Of a stretch of DNA of 64,000 nt, positions 1 to 13,467 are shown piece after piece. Under the pieces are notes generated by a model. It saw only the letters and a list, made by a program, of their open reading frames with translations, ran no database searches and was not told the origin of the DNA. The stretch lies in assembly GCA_965644295.1 (NCBI GenBank), contig CBFFRP010000577.1, positions 124,001 to 188,000 on the forward strand, in the 5' to 3' direction. Both the position numbers and the translations under genes were made by a program. Positions within the stretch are counted from its first letter, which is position 1. Each line of letters begins with the position of its first letter. Origin of the DNA: Paraphysomonas bandaiensis (taxonomy: Eukaryota > Protista > Chrysophyceae).

Positions 1-392
1 ACGTATCTTTAACAGCTACTATATTTTCAGTGTCTTTGTATACATTTAATAACTACTCCTACAGTGTAGTCCTGTATATTCTGTATTTCATTACTACACA
101 GAATACAGAATAGCTACTAGCGATAGGCTTCAACAAGCTTCAAGTACGCACGTAGAAGTTGGTTGTAGTTCAATAGTAGAAAAGGTGTTGTTGTTGTAAT
201 ATTGGCACACACATATATATTGTTCGCTGGTCTGGCATATATATAACTTTGAAGCTCTTTCGCAATCCCTATTAAACACGGTACTTACATTTACCGCAAT
301 TCAGTTTATATTTTTCGAGAAAAAATCTACACCCACAATACCGTATTAATATGCTCAAAGCTTGAGTTTGAAAAATACACTCAGGTGAATTC

Positions 393-1623
393 CTACGGCA
401 GTTGAGAGGCTACAAAATCCCAATTAACCAGATGGTTCAAAAACGTATCGATGTAAGTCGGCCTGGCATCACAAAAATTAGCATTGCCCACATCGCGAGA
501 GCATCATATATACTACAGAGCCCTATTTCGGACTGTACTAACCACAGCAATACTGATTCAAAATAAAGTGCCAATATGAATGTCTCGTCGTAATATGAAA
601 AATAGCATATATCAAAATACGTTATATACCCAGATAACAGCAGCACCGCATATAGCAGTTAAACATTTCGGCGTATATCACTGCATGTGCGTACGTCATG
701 AACTGCAAGACTACGATTAATACACGCTCTATCAGTGACTACAATGACCTCACTACATGTTTAGTATGAGCGCAATTCTCTATTGCCTACACACCTCATA
801 TTCTGGTAGTTTAGGTAATACGCGTGTTCCCAAACGTCCATAGTTAATAAAGGCACTGTCTCCGGCTCAGTTAAAGGGCAGTCCGCGCCGGTAGTTTTAG
901 TAACCTTCAAGCCAGATGGAGTCCAAATCAACCATGCCCAACCCGAACCAAAGACCGTGGCACCAGCAGTCGCAAATTCTTTCCTGAAGTTTTCAAATGA
1001 TCCGAAGGAAGAGTTGATGAGGTCAGCTAATTGACCAGTCGGTGCACCCCCTCCATTAGGCTTCATGCATTGCCAATAGAACGCATGATTGAAGCTCTGC
1101 GCAGCGTTGTTAAACAACCCCTGGTTGGTACCTACATAAATATATAAATCCGAATGTTCTTGATGAAAGTGTCGATGAAGTGGAATAATACCGTATGATT
1201 TTCTGAGGATCTGCACAATATCCATGCCTTCCATGTTAGTTCCTTCAATCATCGAATTGGTGGTATCAACATACTGTGTATAGTTTTAAAAACTCATACT
1301 CTATACTGCATCATGACCTTGGCGTGATGTTTGTCGTGGTGGATGCGCAGTGTCTGCTCCCCTATATGGGGCTCCAGAGCATCATACGCATACGGCAGAG
1401 GCGGCAGGTGAACTTTCTGCTATCATCATCAGCAGCAGCAGTAGGTATAGTTATAATAATAGCCCGCAGCATGAGCACTATCAGTACATATATATAGGCG
1501 CATGGGATCACTTGCCTGAATATCTGCACTGCCATCAGACCGCACGCTGAACATGCGGGGCTGGGCGCGGGACATGCTGATGGAGGCGGCCACAGAGAGT
1601 AGAATGAATGGGGTGAATAGCAT
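393..1623 (-). CDS. Iron superoxide dismutase (Fe/Mn-SOD family), multi-exon, N-terminal presequence (possibly plastid-targeted)
   Basis: Spliced exons give [60 protein letters not shown] and a last exon (393-462) [26 protein letters not shown] motif indicates Fe type. Hydrophobic leader [14 protein letters not shown]. Confidence 0.93.
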
Positions 1624-2096
1624 GTTTGGTGTTGGTAGGTTACGCTGCTGTTAGTGTTGAATTAATCTGCGAGTTCACTGTATGGAAAAGGCTGGAGTTT
1701 GTAGGTATGTACAGCAGAGCAGAGCACCCGTACAGCATGTACAGTACTGTATATCCATATACAAACAGAGACATGATTCGTTCCGATATCAGGATATGAA
1801 AGTGACTTCTATCTACACGCAATACCCGGTATACCTATACATACAGTACTGTATTTCTGAAGGCAGGTATACCATATATGCCAGTAGGAAGTGAGGCAGG
1901 GGCGCTATTTCTGCTGGTGCTGATGTACACTGAACATGCACACCTCTCGGCTCTCATATACCGCCGTGTAGGAATAATAGCTACAAGTCTGTGTGTATGT
2001 ATCCCACACGAGAACAGAAGATGAAAAGCAAGATGCTGAGAACCATAAGTAGCAGCAGCCCCCTCACCATCATGAGTGACCGCTAGTCTCAGTGAT

Positions 2097-5000
2097 ATGT
2101 CTCTATTGGGTCTAGTGGAGCGGGCTAGTGAGTTTATATCTCTGTGTGGTGGAGAGGGAGTTGAGTGGTCTGATGTCGTCGCTGTTATCCCCATGCTAAC
2201 CTCTCGAATACAACTACGAGTGAGAGAATGTTTGACTCGAAGGAGTTTCGTGTTTCATCAGTCAGAAGATACGCAGCAAGGTTCAGAAGGATCGTTAAAG
2301 GTGTTCGCCCCTGAGTATGAGATTTACTCTCGACTTGGCATCACATCTCCTCTTGAAGTGCCTCCAGATGCTGTATTGAATCTATTGCAGCTTGTAGGTA
2401 AAAGTGGAGCTCGCGGCTTACTGATTAGTGAAGTATCAGAGTTGACGAACTTGAACTTTATCCACTCCATCGTGGACAAATTAGTCGTTGCAAATCTTGT
2501 GATTAAGACATCTATTGCTCCCGATAAAAATGCACACTCACCGCGGTACTCATGTCGAACTACAGTTTTACATTTACCCCGATTTGTTTCCTTGTATGAT
2601 CCATCTGAAGACGGTATGTGCATTACAGGGGACGACCACTTCGAAACGATGCACAACTATATTTGTAATCTCCTTGAAAATAGGGAAAATAAAAGGATCC
2701 CTATAAGAGACTTATTTCGCCCCCTCCGTTACAGAGATATATCATCATTATGTCGAAACCTGATTTTGTGTCAGGCTCACATGAAGGACAGAAACCGTAT
2801 AGATGTTGTTTCAAGCGACCTGTCCACGACTTCGGGCTCTTTTGATGCCGTCATATCTTATGTCACACTCAAGGAAAGAGCTGTTGATGAAAACGATGAA
2901 GATGATGGTGAAAGGAAGTCCAGAACTCTGTTTGGTATGGGAATTATAGAGCAGGCTGCCTATCGTCTTGGTACAGCCGAAGGGAGGTTAGTGCCATCAA
3001 CCGAGTTGAGGAGGCTTGTAGGTATTACGAGAAAGCAAACCGAAGGTGTCATAAAGACTCTTGTCAAGGCAAATGCTGCTGAAATGCAACTCCGACAGTT
3101 AGGAAGGCAGAGGGTGTTTGCACTTAGTGCCCCTCCTTTAGAGAAACGCCCTTCCACTTTGTTTTCTGGGTGTAGCCTTTCTGGTGACATGATTAATGCT
3201 GATGAAAATGCCGTGGACGAATCTTGTATTTCCGGAAAAAGCAGCGGTATTGTGACAATCGATTCGGAGTCTTTAAGGGAATTACGCAGACGAGTTGTAC
3301 TTGAAGTTTTGCGGAAGGTGTGTACTCTAATTACACCAATGTAGATATGCTATTACAATGCTTGGTTACATGTTAAGTTCATATTAAATTTATTTTTGTC
3401 ATCTGTTTTGTTCCACCTGTTGCTCACCCATGCACTGCAGTGTGGTGGTATTACTGAGAGTTTAACTTGCGGGAAAGAGATATCGAAGGCTTATGCATCC
3501 GTCAATGCTGGCATCCAACTTTGTGCGAAAACGGTGCAACGCTTATTTCAGACCCTCAGTGAGGAACGAGTAGTAGTACAGCTTGATAACGTTCCATATT
3601 GTGGGAACCCGTTGAAAATAATCCACACTCCAGAATTGGAGAATGTAACAGTTGTATTGGAGGAGTATCTTCGAGTTCTTACATATGCCAAGAAGTCTCG
3701 AAAAAGTATGGTCGACTGTTGGACGGGACGTGAATCTGCTGATGATTTCTTTGAACGTACACGAGAAATAGATGAAAATAATAACAATGACGATTCGGAG
3801 AATGAGCAGGAGGTATATCGTGGTTATTGGCACCGTGATGTGACTAATGTATATATAGTTTGATTTTGAGCCTGCGGATGAAAGTAGTAGTTCTCACTTT
3901 GATCACATTGACTGGCATATTGAAGATCAGGACCCCTGGAGATGCGAAAGACTTAGTACCGCAGACGAAATAGATAAAAGGATAATGCGTACTGAAGGCA
4001 TTGAGTGCCTGCGGTACGTCACATCGTTGCCAAGCACCCAGTATGTTTCAGATAGGGCTAGTGTTAGGGACTATGTTGAAGATGGTGTGAATGGTAGGCA
4101 TGCATCAGATATTTTGACAGACAACGCCACCTTTCTAGCCCGAATTATGGGCTTACATGTGACACTGGTCAAACAGGGAAGCAGATACGTCACCGAATTT
4201 TGCACTGGGCGACATCGAGGTGCGCCACTTGTATATACTTTCACAGTTGTCAATGCCCTTGAGAGACTGCCCGTGAGGGTGGTTGCGAAACGATATGGCT
4301 TTCCTCCAGATTATGTGAATTTTGTTGAACGCAAAAGTGGTGAGTCGTTTCGCTTAGGTGTTTATAGCTTCTTTTCGTGAAGTTCTTGTGTTAGCATGAG
4401 ATATTCTTGCGGATAGAAATGTAGTATGCACGTCATATATTATATACATCATTCCTCCAACGGCTCTAAGCATAAAATGTTTTGTTCTTATTCAGACCAA
4501 TTCCCAAATCTCACGAAAACAGACAAAGTGCTTCTACAGGCTATCAAAAACTCTACTGTATCGCTGGAATACCTCCTCTCGCATCCAGTGAGTTCATTTG
4601 CGACATTGAAATGCACTATATTTGACTTACTGCCACAGATGTCAACGGTATCGAACCTGGCTAAAAGAATGTTATCCCACGCATATCAGTCGTTTATATT
4701 GGAATTTATCGCTTTAGTGTCATTGGGCATAGTGGAGGTGCCTCTGCTTTCAAGGGATGATAGTTCGAATATCACAGAGAAGGTTTTAGTGGAAAATGTA
4801 TATTTTACTATTGCACTTCGTCCTGTACTTTGCAAACGGACACTTCACACCGAGAAAGAGGTCACAGGCTACTGGAATAGCGTCGTAATGCCACATGTAG
4901 AGAAAGTTTTGAACGAATCTGTGGTACCGTGTCTGCAAACTGCAGTTACAAGGCAGTACTCCACAATGTTTCCTCAGTCCTTCAAAGTTGACGAGCTACC

Positions 5001-7699
5001 ACCACTCGATAAAACTGACTCAAAGTGCAGAGGAAAACGGGAAAAGAAGAGGAAAAGACAGTCGAAAAACAAGCGGTCTAAGCGGAGGGCGTTGTCACAC
5101 GATGCATACTACCAGGTAAGCCTCTGCTTCTATTGATGACAATTTTACATGAATTCAGAGTCACGAATAAACATATTCAGTGTTAATGTGCTATATAATT
5201 TTCTTCATATGTAATTGTCATGTGTAAATATGAATTATATTGTATACAGGAGGCAGATGCTATGCGCGTCGCTGTGTGGGAATATTTTAAGCAGCGTGCG
5301 ATACATCTTCCCCCTGTGCTCCAAGAAAATATGCCGGGGGTACCATTTGGGGAAGGTACTAGTGATAAAGGTAAAAGCGACAGCGGAGGGAATTCGTCAC
5401 ATATAGGCCTAGTGGACGTGGAGCATGTTGCATCACCAGCATCGTCTGACCCCTTTGCACTTACCTACGAGTGGCATCACCCTTATCGACAGCTGCTACG
5501 AAGTAACTATGAGGTGAAAATGGTGATACGATAGAGACAACTTTGTTTTAACTATACTTTGGCACCACAGGACCTCGATATTCTGGAGGCATTTTTGCCG
5601 TACCGAAAGTATTGGAAAGTTGGTCGAATTCTATGTCGGCGGCTGCCTCAACTTCTGGGTAGATATTGGTATTTTGCTCTGACTTGCTCATTTTCGATAT
5701 GATGAGTTTGGATTATGTTCAGTACTTTACGTAAAGCACTAGCGAAGATATTGTCATCGTTGGATCTGTCGCATTTGGAGAATGAAATCGTTCCCACTGA
5801 TTGGGACAGCCAATATGGTGATGAGGCACCTGGTCAAGACTCCTCGGAGCAAGTCCGTAGAAGGGGTCAGATTGCAGAGGTTTTGAATGATGTAATTGAC
5901 ACAGATAGATATTATGAAGCATCTATGCGCACTGGCCGGAGGGTAGAACATGCCGCGATGACGAGAACGCTGCAGGTGAGGCACATGCTGTGCCGTATAT
6001 GACCTATGACGCTGTTTTCGTAGATATACACATCACAGAATCGTGTGTTGAAGTTTTTTCTTCCAACAGACAGTACAGACGCTGTAGATGAAACTGCCGA
6101 AGAAGAGGAAAACGTTACTGAATTAGATTTTCGACGAGATGCTATGAGCCTGCTAGAGTTTCCTCTTGAAGTGGCCATCAGGTCGCACAGAGAACTATAC
6201 GGTAAAAAATGGATTACGAGGCATACGAATGGAAATAAGGTGTGAATTTGACATGGCCATTTAGCAGGTCTAAATTTGAATGTAGGGTAAAACTTCACTC
6301 AATAAATTTAAGTTAGAAAAAAGATTTTCCCACCCTTTAACAACTGGTATGATAAATCTATGGGTGATGTTATACGTTCTATCGACGTGCATTATGTATC
6401 AGCAAAAGACTGTATTTCTTAATATATCGTTTAGGATATACAAATGTTCACTGTGTCGTGGTGAGGTGTAATGCTATTGCATTAGGTATAACAGGGATAT
6501 TTGGGCGCATTCTTCAGACATCTACGGAAGAAGGTATTTGTTCCGCACCACCCGTAACTTTGGCTCCCCACAACCACGTGTCGGATACATCTGATGTGAT
6601 GTCGCCTACTGAATTGCTGGCCATATTACATGTGTTCGCTTCCAGTGGAGGCATATTTGACAGAGCTGTTTTGAATATTTCGAATTGTAGTCGTCAGAAA
6701 GAAGGTGGTGATACGAATGAAAATGGCGTCGAAGGTGAAACATTGAGAGGTCATGAGAGTACTGGATTTGCGTCGGTGAGCATGGGGGCTCGTCTACCGC
6801 CGGATGCACACTGTTGTATACTCTCTGATGATTCGAGAAGAGGTGATACTCATGCACACCTGGAGTGCAGAGTATGTTCACACTATGAAGCAGAGACTTG
6901 TTCAGAGGAGACAAAGAGGCGATGCTGCACGCGTATTATTAAAAAGCCACTCTTGAGAGAGCATGTTGGGAACCTGTCCACCCTATTAAATAAAGTATGG
7001 GGAGAGATTGATCACTGTTTTGTGTCAACACCCCGAAGCAATGTTGATAGTTCTAGAAAATCTGTTGTTGCTTCCGCTTGTGATTTGTCCAGTGCTAATG
7101 GAGATTCGATTGCTGATTTGGCGAGAACTGTATTAAATCTGTGTGGAAGTATAGATGGTGCTTCTTTAGAAGAAATTGTAGCAGGTACAGGTTGTGCTTA
7201 TTCTCTAGAGCGCATTGTGTCTTATGTAGATATGGCTTCCAAGCAAGGAAGCCTCTTGTGCGTTCCACACTACGATATGTATTATACGTACCAGCCGTTT
7301 TATATCTTGCCCAAGTACCGAGCCCTATACTTCATAGGTGACTGGCAAGGGTCCTGGGGCGAAGAAAGGTACAAGCCGCATCCCGACGAACGTTTGTGTC
7401 CATGGCTACAACTCAATGGTACTCGTAACATTCCCTTTTACGACGCCCTTCGCTCAAGGGTAGTGTCCACTCTCATCACGAAGCCGAATTGTACGATATC
7501 CACCATCCATGCTAACCTACCTATGCTATCATGCACACATATGTGTATCTTTTTAGACTGTCTCGTGCGCGAAAAGACTGTCATAGAGAGACGCTGTACC
7601 AACGACACTGCACTGGAGAACGTATTCGACGAGCCTGGTGTGTCTAGTGCTGATACTCCCTTTACATCTTATTCTATTAGTCCGGAAATATGGATGTAA
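2097..7699 (+). CDS. Large multi-exon protein, probable TFIIIC B-block binding subunit (GTF3C1/Tfc3-like)
   Basis: Chain of + ORFs 2076-7699 joined by GT-AG introns. N-terminal LLQLVGKSGARGLL...KLVVANLVIK...TTVLHLPRF resembles the B-block_TFIIIC winged helix. C-terminal PWLQLNGTRN...LRSRVVSTLITKPNC resembles the GTF3C1 C-terminus. Exon boundaries approximate. Confidence 0.55.
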
Positions 7700-8337
7700 A
7701 ACGAGGTTTAGTGTCGATGTAGCTGATATTTGTTTGACACTTTTTTTTTCGCCAAGTAATAGCTGGAGCATGGAATGCGATATTGATCATAGCCACACTA
7801 TCTATAGACATGTACTCATAGCTATTCATGACATGTGCTCCTAGTTGTTGATTTAATATTGTAGAGGATATGGTTAAGTGGGAATCGCACAGAATAGTTG
7901 GTCTGTTTTGAAGACACGGGCTGTAGAGTTGATTCCATGGTCATGACTGTCATATACCACAATAGGACTCTTAGGGTAATGTTTTCGGGTTATATTGCGA
8001 CTATGTATAATTTAATGATGAGATACAGCGCATATGAAGAAGTTCATACTTCTGAGCTGAGCAGTAGAGGGACTCACATTTTGTTGATTTTTGCTGTTTG
8101 TGAGCAATTAAAAGCTTTATTTCTAAGGTATTTGAATTATGACCGTTTCTTGAAGAACACAGCAGTGGTTAACAGCGTTGCATGATATAATCATATGATA
8201 GGGATAATAGTAGTGAAACTAAAATATATTTACTGGCTGTATAAGATCGAGAGATCGAGTTTACCTAAGATCTGATAATGTTGATTGGTAGTTGAGAGAA
8301 TGTATTTATAGCGAACATCAATGCATGGTGAGAGAAG

Positions 8338-8840
8338 TAGTGAATGTCTGATTATCAGCTATAGGCGTGTAAGTGTCAGGAGAACTAGTAATGTAACAAA
8401 GCAAACAATTTAACTAACTAGTGCTTAACCCTAGTAGTGAATGTCTTGTTATTAGTAATAGGCGTGGAACATGAAGAGTCAGAACTAATGTAGCAAAACA
8501 ATTTAACTAACATGTGTTTAACTCTGATATCCTACTATTTAAGGCTACGAAATCTGCTTGTGCGTCACCTCAAGCACCAAGGTGCAGCCACTATTGCTCT
8601 ATCGCTCAAAACAAACGCACTGAGTAAGAAGAATGTTGAAATATCTGACATCTGCTGTCTTCAGGAAGTGCTTAACTCGGATATCCTACTATTTTACGCT
8701 ACGACTGCTGCTTGTGCGTCACCGCATGGAACAAGGTGCATCCACAAGCAAATGCAGTGAGCAAGCAGAATGTTGATATATATACCTAACATCTGCTAAC
8801 AGCAGAATTTTTGAGTCCTGAAGGCAAACAGTCCGGATGT
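8338..8840 (-). mobile_element. Two nested 5'-truncated copies of the ribozyme-headed SINE-like family
   Basis: Family tail GAATGTCTT..TATTAG.AATAGGCGT at ~8342 and ~8439, and stem-loop core at 8555-8576 and ~8709-8730. The inner copy (8430-8666) is flanked by the direct repeat AGTGCTTAAC (8420-8429, 8667-8676). Confidence 0.75.
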
Positions 8841-9859
8841 ACTACTATTTTGAGTTCAGAATGAACATCTGCGAAATTTAGTAGATTTAAAATTACACCG
8901 CTAATGTGAGCATTCTGTTTAACCCAATTCAGGGCAAGAAGCATTTTTTTTATAACGAAATGGGGATATTGTTATATTTAACCACAGGTAATAAGAAGGC
9001 AGTATATTCCCACGCTCTATATTTTAAAACAAGGGTCGATACTCCTTAACCCTAGGTTACATTGTAGCTTATCCCCATCATGTTTTAAACCAAATATCTA
9101 TAATGCAGAGCTATTTGTAGCTTCCATGCAATAAGAAGAAATAAGTGTTAAATGCTTAACATGAAGAAACAAATGAAAACTAATATGTTGTTTGACTTAA
9201 TGTTATGCATACTGGCTGTGTATACTTTGGGATCAACTCACACAATAACCCCCCATATTTCTATAATAGCTGCAACAAATTTACTCTTACTACAGAAGGG
9301 TACTGAGGGTATAGTGTGGTAATGAATATTAAAAGACATACATATTACTGTCAATACCATAATTAACTTAGAAGAGAGCTCTATTGAACCCAATTCAGGT
9401 ATGTATTATACAACAAGTCGATGAGATCATCACACCTTGGTGAAGCGGTTACCTGGTGCAACTTTGATAATGTTGATTTACGTTCAGTTAATGATATATT
9501 TTACAATAAATCACTTTACCAGGTTCATAATCACATCGACTAAATATTCGGTTCAAGATGAAGAAGACAAGAATGATACCTATGCCAGTGACCAACAATC
9601 AACGATACTTCAAGTATTCTGCCGGAGAATTGTAAGGCCACAGCTGCCGTGGAGCGAATTTGCAGCAGTCGTACCAAGTCTACTTACCTAACCTCAATGA
9701 AAAGTGACTGAGTGCTCTCACCTGTAACTTTCCTTGAGAGATGATTGATAGCACACCCGACAAGAGCAAAAAAGCGTTTCAAAGTAAAATAAATATTCAT
9801 ACTACTGTACTTATAAACTTTAAAACTCAAGTGATCATTTTAATAATATTTCGTCTTCC

Positions 9860-11271
9860 AATACCTACACAATAAACTTATTCAAATATTTTCTTTTTCC
9901 TAATTAAACATAGCAGGTAAAATGGGCTCGAAAAATCAGCATCATTATCATGCCCAAGTGAAAAGCAGCCGCAAACAAAGAGGGATACGTTACTCGTACT
10001 TATCGATATCTGGAAAATCGAAAAAGCCTCTTGAGTCATAGTACCCGGAGAACTCCGAGTTCTGAATCGCAGCACCCCGTATATTGGACCAATTGCGTCG
10101 AGCTGAGAAACCGCCTAAACGAGAAGAGGATGAGCGATACAGTACTATAGAACAGTCACTGAATACTGCAACACCACTGGTAAAGTAATATATAGATGTA
10201 ACACTCATTTAAATCTTACATGCATAAATATAAGTAAACTTACTCAGCGATGAACACAATGACACATACAGTGAACACGAAAGTATGTACAGCTTAACTT
10301 CCGTATGTGTTGGACTCCTACTCCGCTAGAGTACATCACATCACAGTATGAGTACATCACATCACAGTATGAGTACACATCACAGTATGAGTACATCACA
10401 TCACAGTATGAGTACATCACATCACAGTATGAGTACACATCACAGTATGAGTACATCACATCACAGTATGAGTACACATCACAGTATGAGTACATCACAT
10501 CACAGTATGAGTACACATCACAGTATGAGTACATCACATCACAGTATGAGTACATCACATCACAGTATGAGTACACATCACAGTATGAGTACATCACATC
10601 ACAGTATGAGTACATCACATCACAGTATGAGTACATCACATCACAGTATGAGTACATCACATCACAGTATGAGTACACATCACAGTATGAGTACATCACA
10701 TCACAGTATGAGTACACATCACAGTATGAGTACATCACATCACAGTATGAGTACACATCACAGTATGAGTACATCACATCACAGTATGAGTACATCACAT
10801 CACAGTATGAGTACACATCACAGTATGAGTACATCACATCACAGTATGAGTACATCACATCACAGTATGAGTACATCACATCACAGTATGAGTACACATC
10901 ACAGTATGAGTACATCACATCACAGTATGAGTATATCACATCACAGTATGAGTACATCACATCACAGTATGAGTACATCACATCACAGTATGAGTACATC
11001 ACATCACAGTATGAGTACATCACATCACAGTATGAGTACATCACATCACAGTATGAGTATATCACATCACAGTATGAGTACATCACATCACAGTATGAGT
11101 ACATCACATCACAGTATGAGTACACATCACAGTATGAGTACATCACATCACAGTATGAGTATCGTATGGAGATCAACGCATGATTCCACCTGACATCACT
11201 GCGATCATGAGTACAGCCACACCGCCCGCCGCAAGCGGTTTCCAGTTCTTCTTCATTTGACTGGCGAACAT
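9860..11271 (-). CDS. Possible multi-exon gene or pseudogene for a membrane-anchored/secreted protein; minisatellite in presumed first intron
   Basis: ATG 11271 MFASQMKKNWKPLAAGGVAVLMIAVMS followed by a GT donor. Downstream exon-like YYDSRGFFDFPDIDK. A complete spliced frame could not be built. Confidence 0.3.
10329..11162. repeat. Minisatellite of ~41 units mixing 21-bp GAGTACATCACATCACAGTAT and 18-bp GAGTACACATCACAGTAT
   Basis: Directly visible near-perfect tandem array. Both unit lengths are multiples of 3, which explains the three long repetitive ORFs. Confidence 0.97.
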
Positions 11272-11676
11272 GTTTGTAGAGAGGATTGTTGTAATGTACG
11301 TATCAACACTGTGTGGTGTTACTGAACTGTGTGATATGAAGCTATCCGACTGCAGTCAGTCGCATGTCAGAACAAAGTGATGAGGAGATTCGCTGACGTT
11401 CTGTTGAACTTCACCCTCATTCCAGAAATGAGAATACCATTGAATACGTTTCTAATACAGTGTATTATATATATGTATACCATATACCAGTATAGAGTGC
11501 ACTTTTTGTGCGAAGACTAAAAATCGGAAAATCATGCACAAAAAGATCAAAAATAACAGTTTTTATGGGTATAATATGACGGTGTGTGCAAGTGGTGTAC
11601 ACTGCAGGGTAAAATAAAATACGTGCAAGTGACAGCTTTAATTAACCTTCACGCATATATATTCCAGTACGGTGTC

Positions 11677-12902
11677 ATGCTAGCTGACAAATCCCCTCAA
11701 ACAGAGGTAATCATCCACCCACTGGTGCTGCTCTCAGTGGCCGATCACTACAACCGTGTCGCCAAAGATACCCGTAAGCGTGTAGTGGGTGTGTTGTTAG
11801 GCTCCAAATCAAAACATGAAGTCGATGTCACTAACAGCTTCGCTGTTCCATTCGAGGAGGATTTGAGAAACCCCTCTGTGTGGTTCCTTGATCATAATTT
11901 TTTGGATACAATGTTTTGGATGTTCAAAAAAGTAAATAGTAAGTGTCGTCAGTGTCTGATGCTGAGTTGGTGTTCATTTTTTGCGTAGCACGAGAAGAAA
12001 TAGTGGGATTTTACAGTAGCGGGCCGAAGATCCGAGAAAACGATTTGAAGGTAACTATTTCTTTCTAATCCTATATCCATTGTTTTTGATGCGTCGGTAT
12101 GTGAAATAGATTGATACTTTGTTTCGAACGTTGGTGAAAGATCCTGTTTTTGTAATTATTGACGTTCGTCCTGGCGTGGAAGAGATTCCTACTACCGCAT
12201 ATATGGCCATTGAGGAGGTGCAGTCCGAGGGAAAGGAAATTGAGCGTGTTTTCAAGCATATCACTTGTCGTATTGAGGCAGAGGAAGCAGAAGAGGTTCG
12301 TTTTAATGAATATTAATATGTTTTGCACATTCCCCCCGCGAAGTACTAATAATCGGCGAAATTAACGTGCCTTTTGAAGAGAGTCGATTATACGGTCGTG
12401 AGTGTAACTGTATTATATGTAGGTGGGTGTGGAGCACTTGCTCCGTGATATCAATGATCCATCAACCAGTACTCTGGCTATGCAAATAAGGCAAAAGGTT
12501 TCAGGACTCACTGGACTTGTCGGTCGACTGGAAGAGATTCGTGCCTACCTCTTGCATGTTATCGAAGGTCGACTACCCATGAATAATAAGATTTTGTACA
12601 ACCTCCAAAACATATTTAACCTTTTGCCAAACCTCAACGTTGAGGAGTTAGTACGGTCCCTGCAAGTGAAGACCAACGATATGCACCTTGCGATGTATCT
12701 ATCTTCCCTTGTTCGGGCAGTGATTGCTTTACATTCGTTGCTGAATAATAAAATTAAGTTCATTGATGTCGACGATGTGCTAGACAGGTCAGCTGGAGTT
12801 GAGCAGACTGAGAGAGCTAGAGATAAAGAATCTTCCCCGAAATCTCCCAGCAAGGAGGGTAACCAGGTGGATACTTCTGACGACAGTAAAATGGAGGAAT
12901 GA
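11677..12902 (+). CDS. RPN8: 26S proteasome non-ATPase regulatory subunit RPN8/PSMD7 (MPN domain), 4 exons
   Basis: [18 protein letters not shown]...KRVVGVLLG...[13 protein letters not shown]...VWFLDHNFL; [18 protein letters not shown]; [10 protein letters not shown]; [14 protein letters not shown]. Confidence 0.96.
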
Positions 12903-13393
12903 AACTGTGGTTGTCATATCTCGTCAAAATTCTGCGCATATATACTGTGGTGAATCTGTAGGGAAAACATGCTGGTGAGCGATAGTTGCTAATAAAATAT
13001 TTATTGCTAACCATTAACGAAGCATTTCTGTCTTGCTGAGGACCAACGCAGATATGTACAGATTTTAAATTTCATACAACTGTACAATGTGCCCTTTATT
13101 CGCTCGCGATACTATATGCTACTAGTATATCAGTAGAGTAGGAAGTTGATACTCAGATATGATACTTTATACTGTGCTGTTCTATCGTTCTATCTGACCT
13201 AGTCCAGAGCAACCGTGTGATACAGCATACAGCTTTTAAAGTGTATTCGTCACTAGCCATAACTAAAATACGAACACTACAGTGCTTAATTGTTCAAGTT
13301 TGAGCAAAACTCAACAGAGTTTTATTTATGTAGTCCCGTTAGTTTCATATATTAATGACCACAATACATCATTCTAGATAAAAGATAAAAGTA

Positions 13394-13467
13394 CCCTCAC
13401 ACCTTTTCGTGGTGTGCTGGGGATAAGTACCGGAGAGATTCTCTCTGGGAAACTAACGTGAGCCGCT
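13394..13467 (+). ncRNA. Candidate HDV-like self-cleaving ribozyme (copy A; ~15-nt deletion in P1/P2 5' region)
   Basis: CAC-CTTTTC-GTG (P3/L3), TGGGG (P1 3' strand), AAGTA, hairpin CCGGAGAG-ATT-CTCTCTGG (P4), GAAACTAA (J4/2), GTGAGCCGCT (P2 3' strand). Confidence 0.55.

Noticed and set aside
10329-11162. Possible CRISPR-like array
   Set aside because: No unique spacers, no cas genes, eukaryotic context; it is a simple tandem repeat.
13417-13462. Weak likeness of the repeat head to the 5S rRNA 3' half (SINE3) or to a hammerhead core
   Set aside because: No 5S 5' half or A box and no CTGANGA before the hairpin. The HDV-like arrangement explains more of the pairing.
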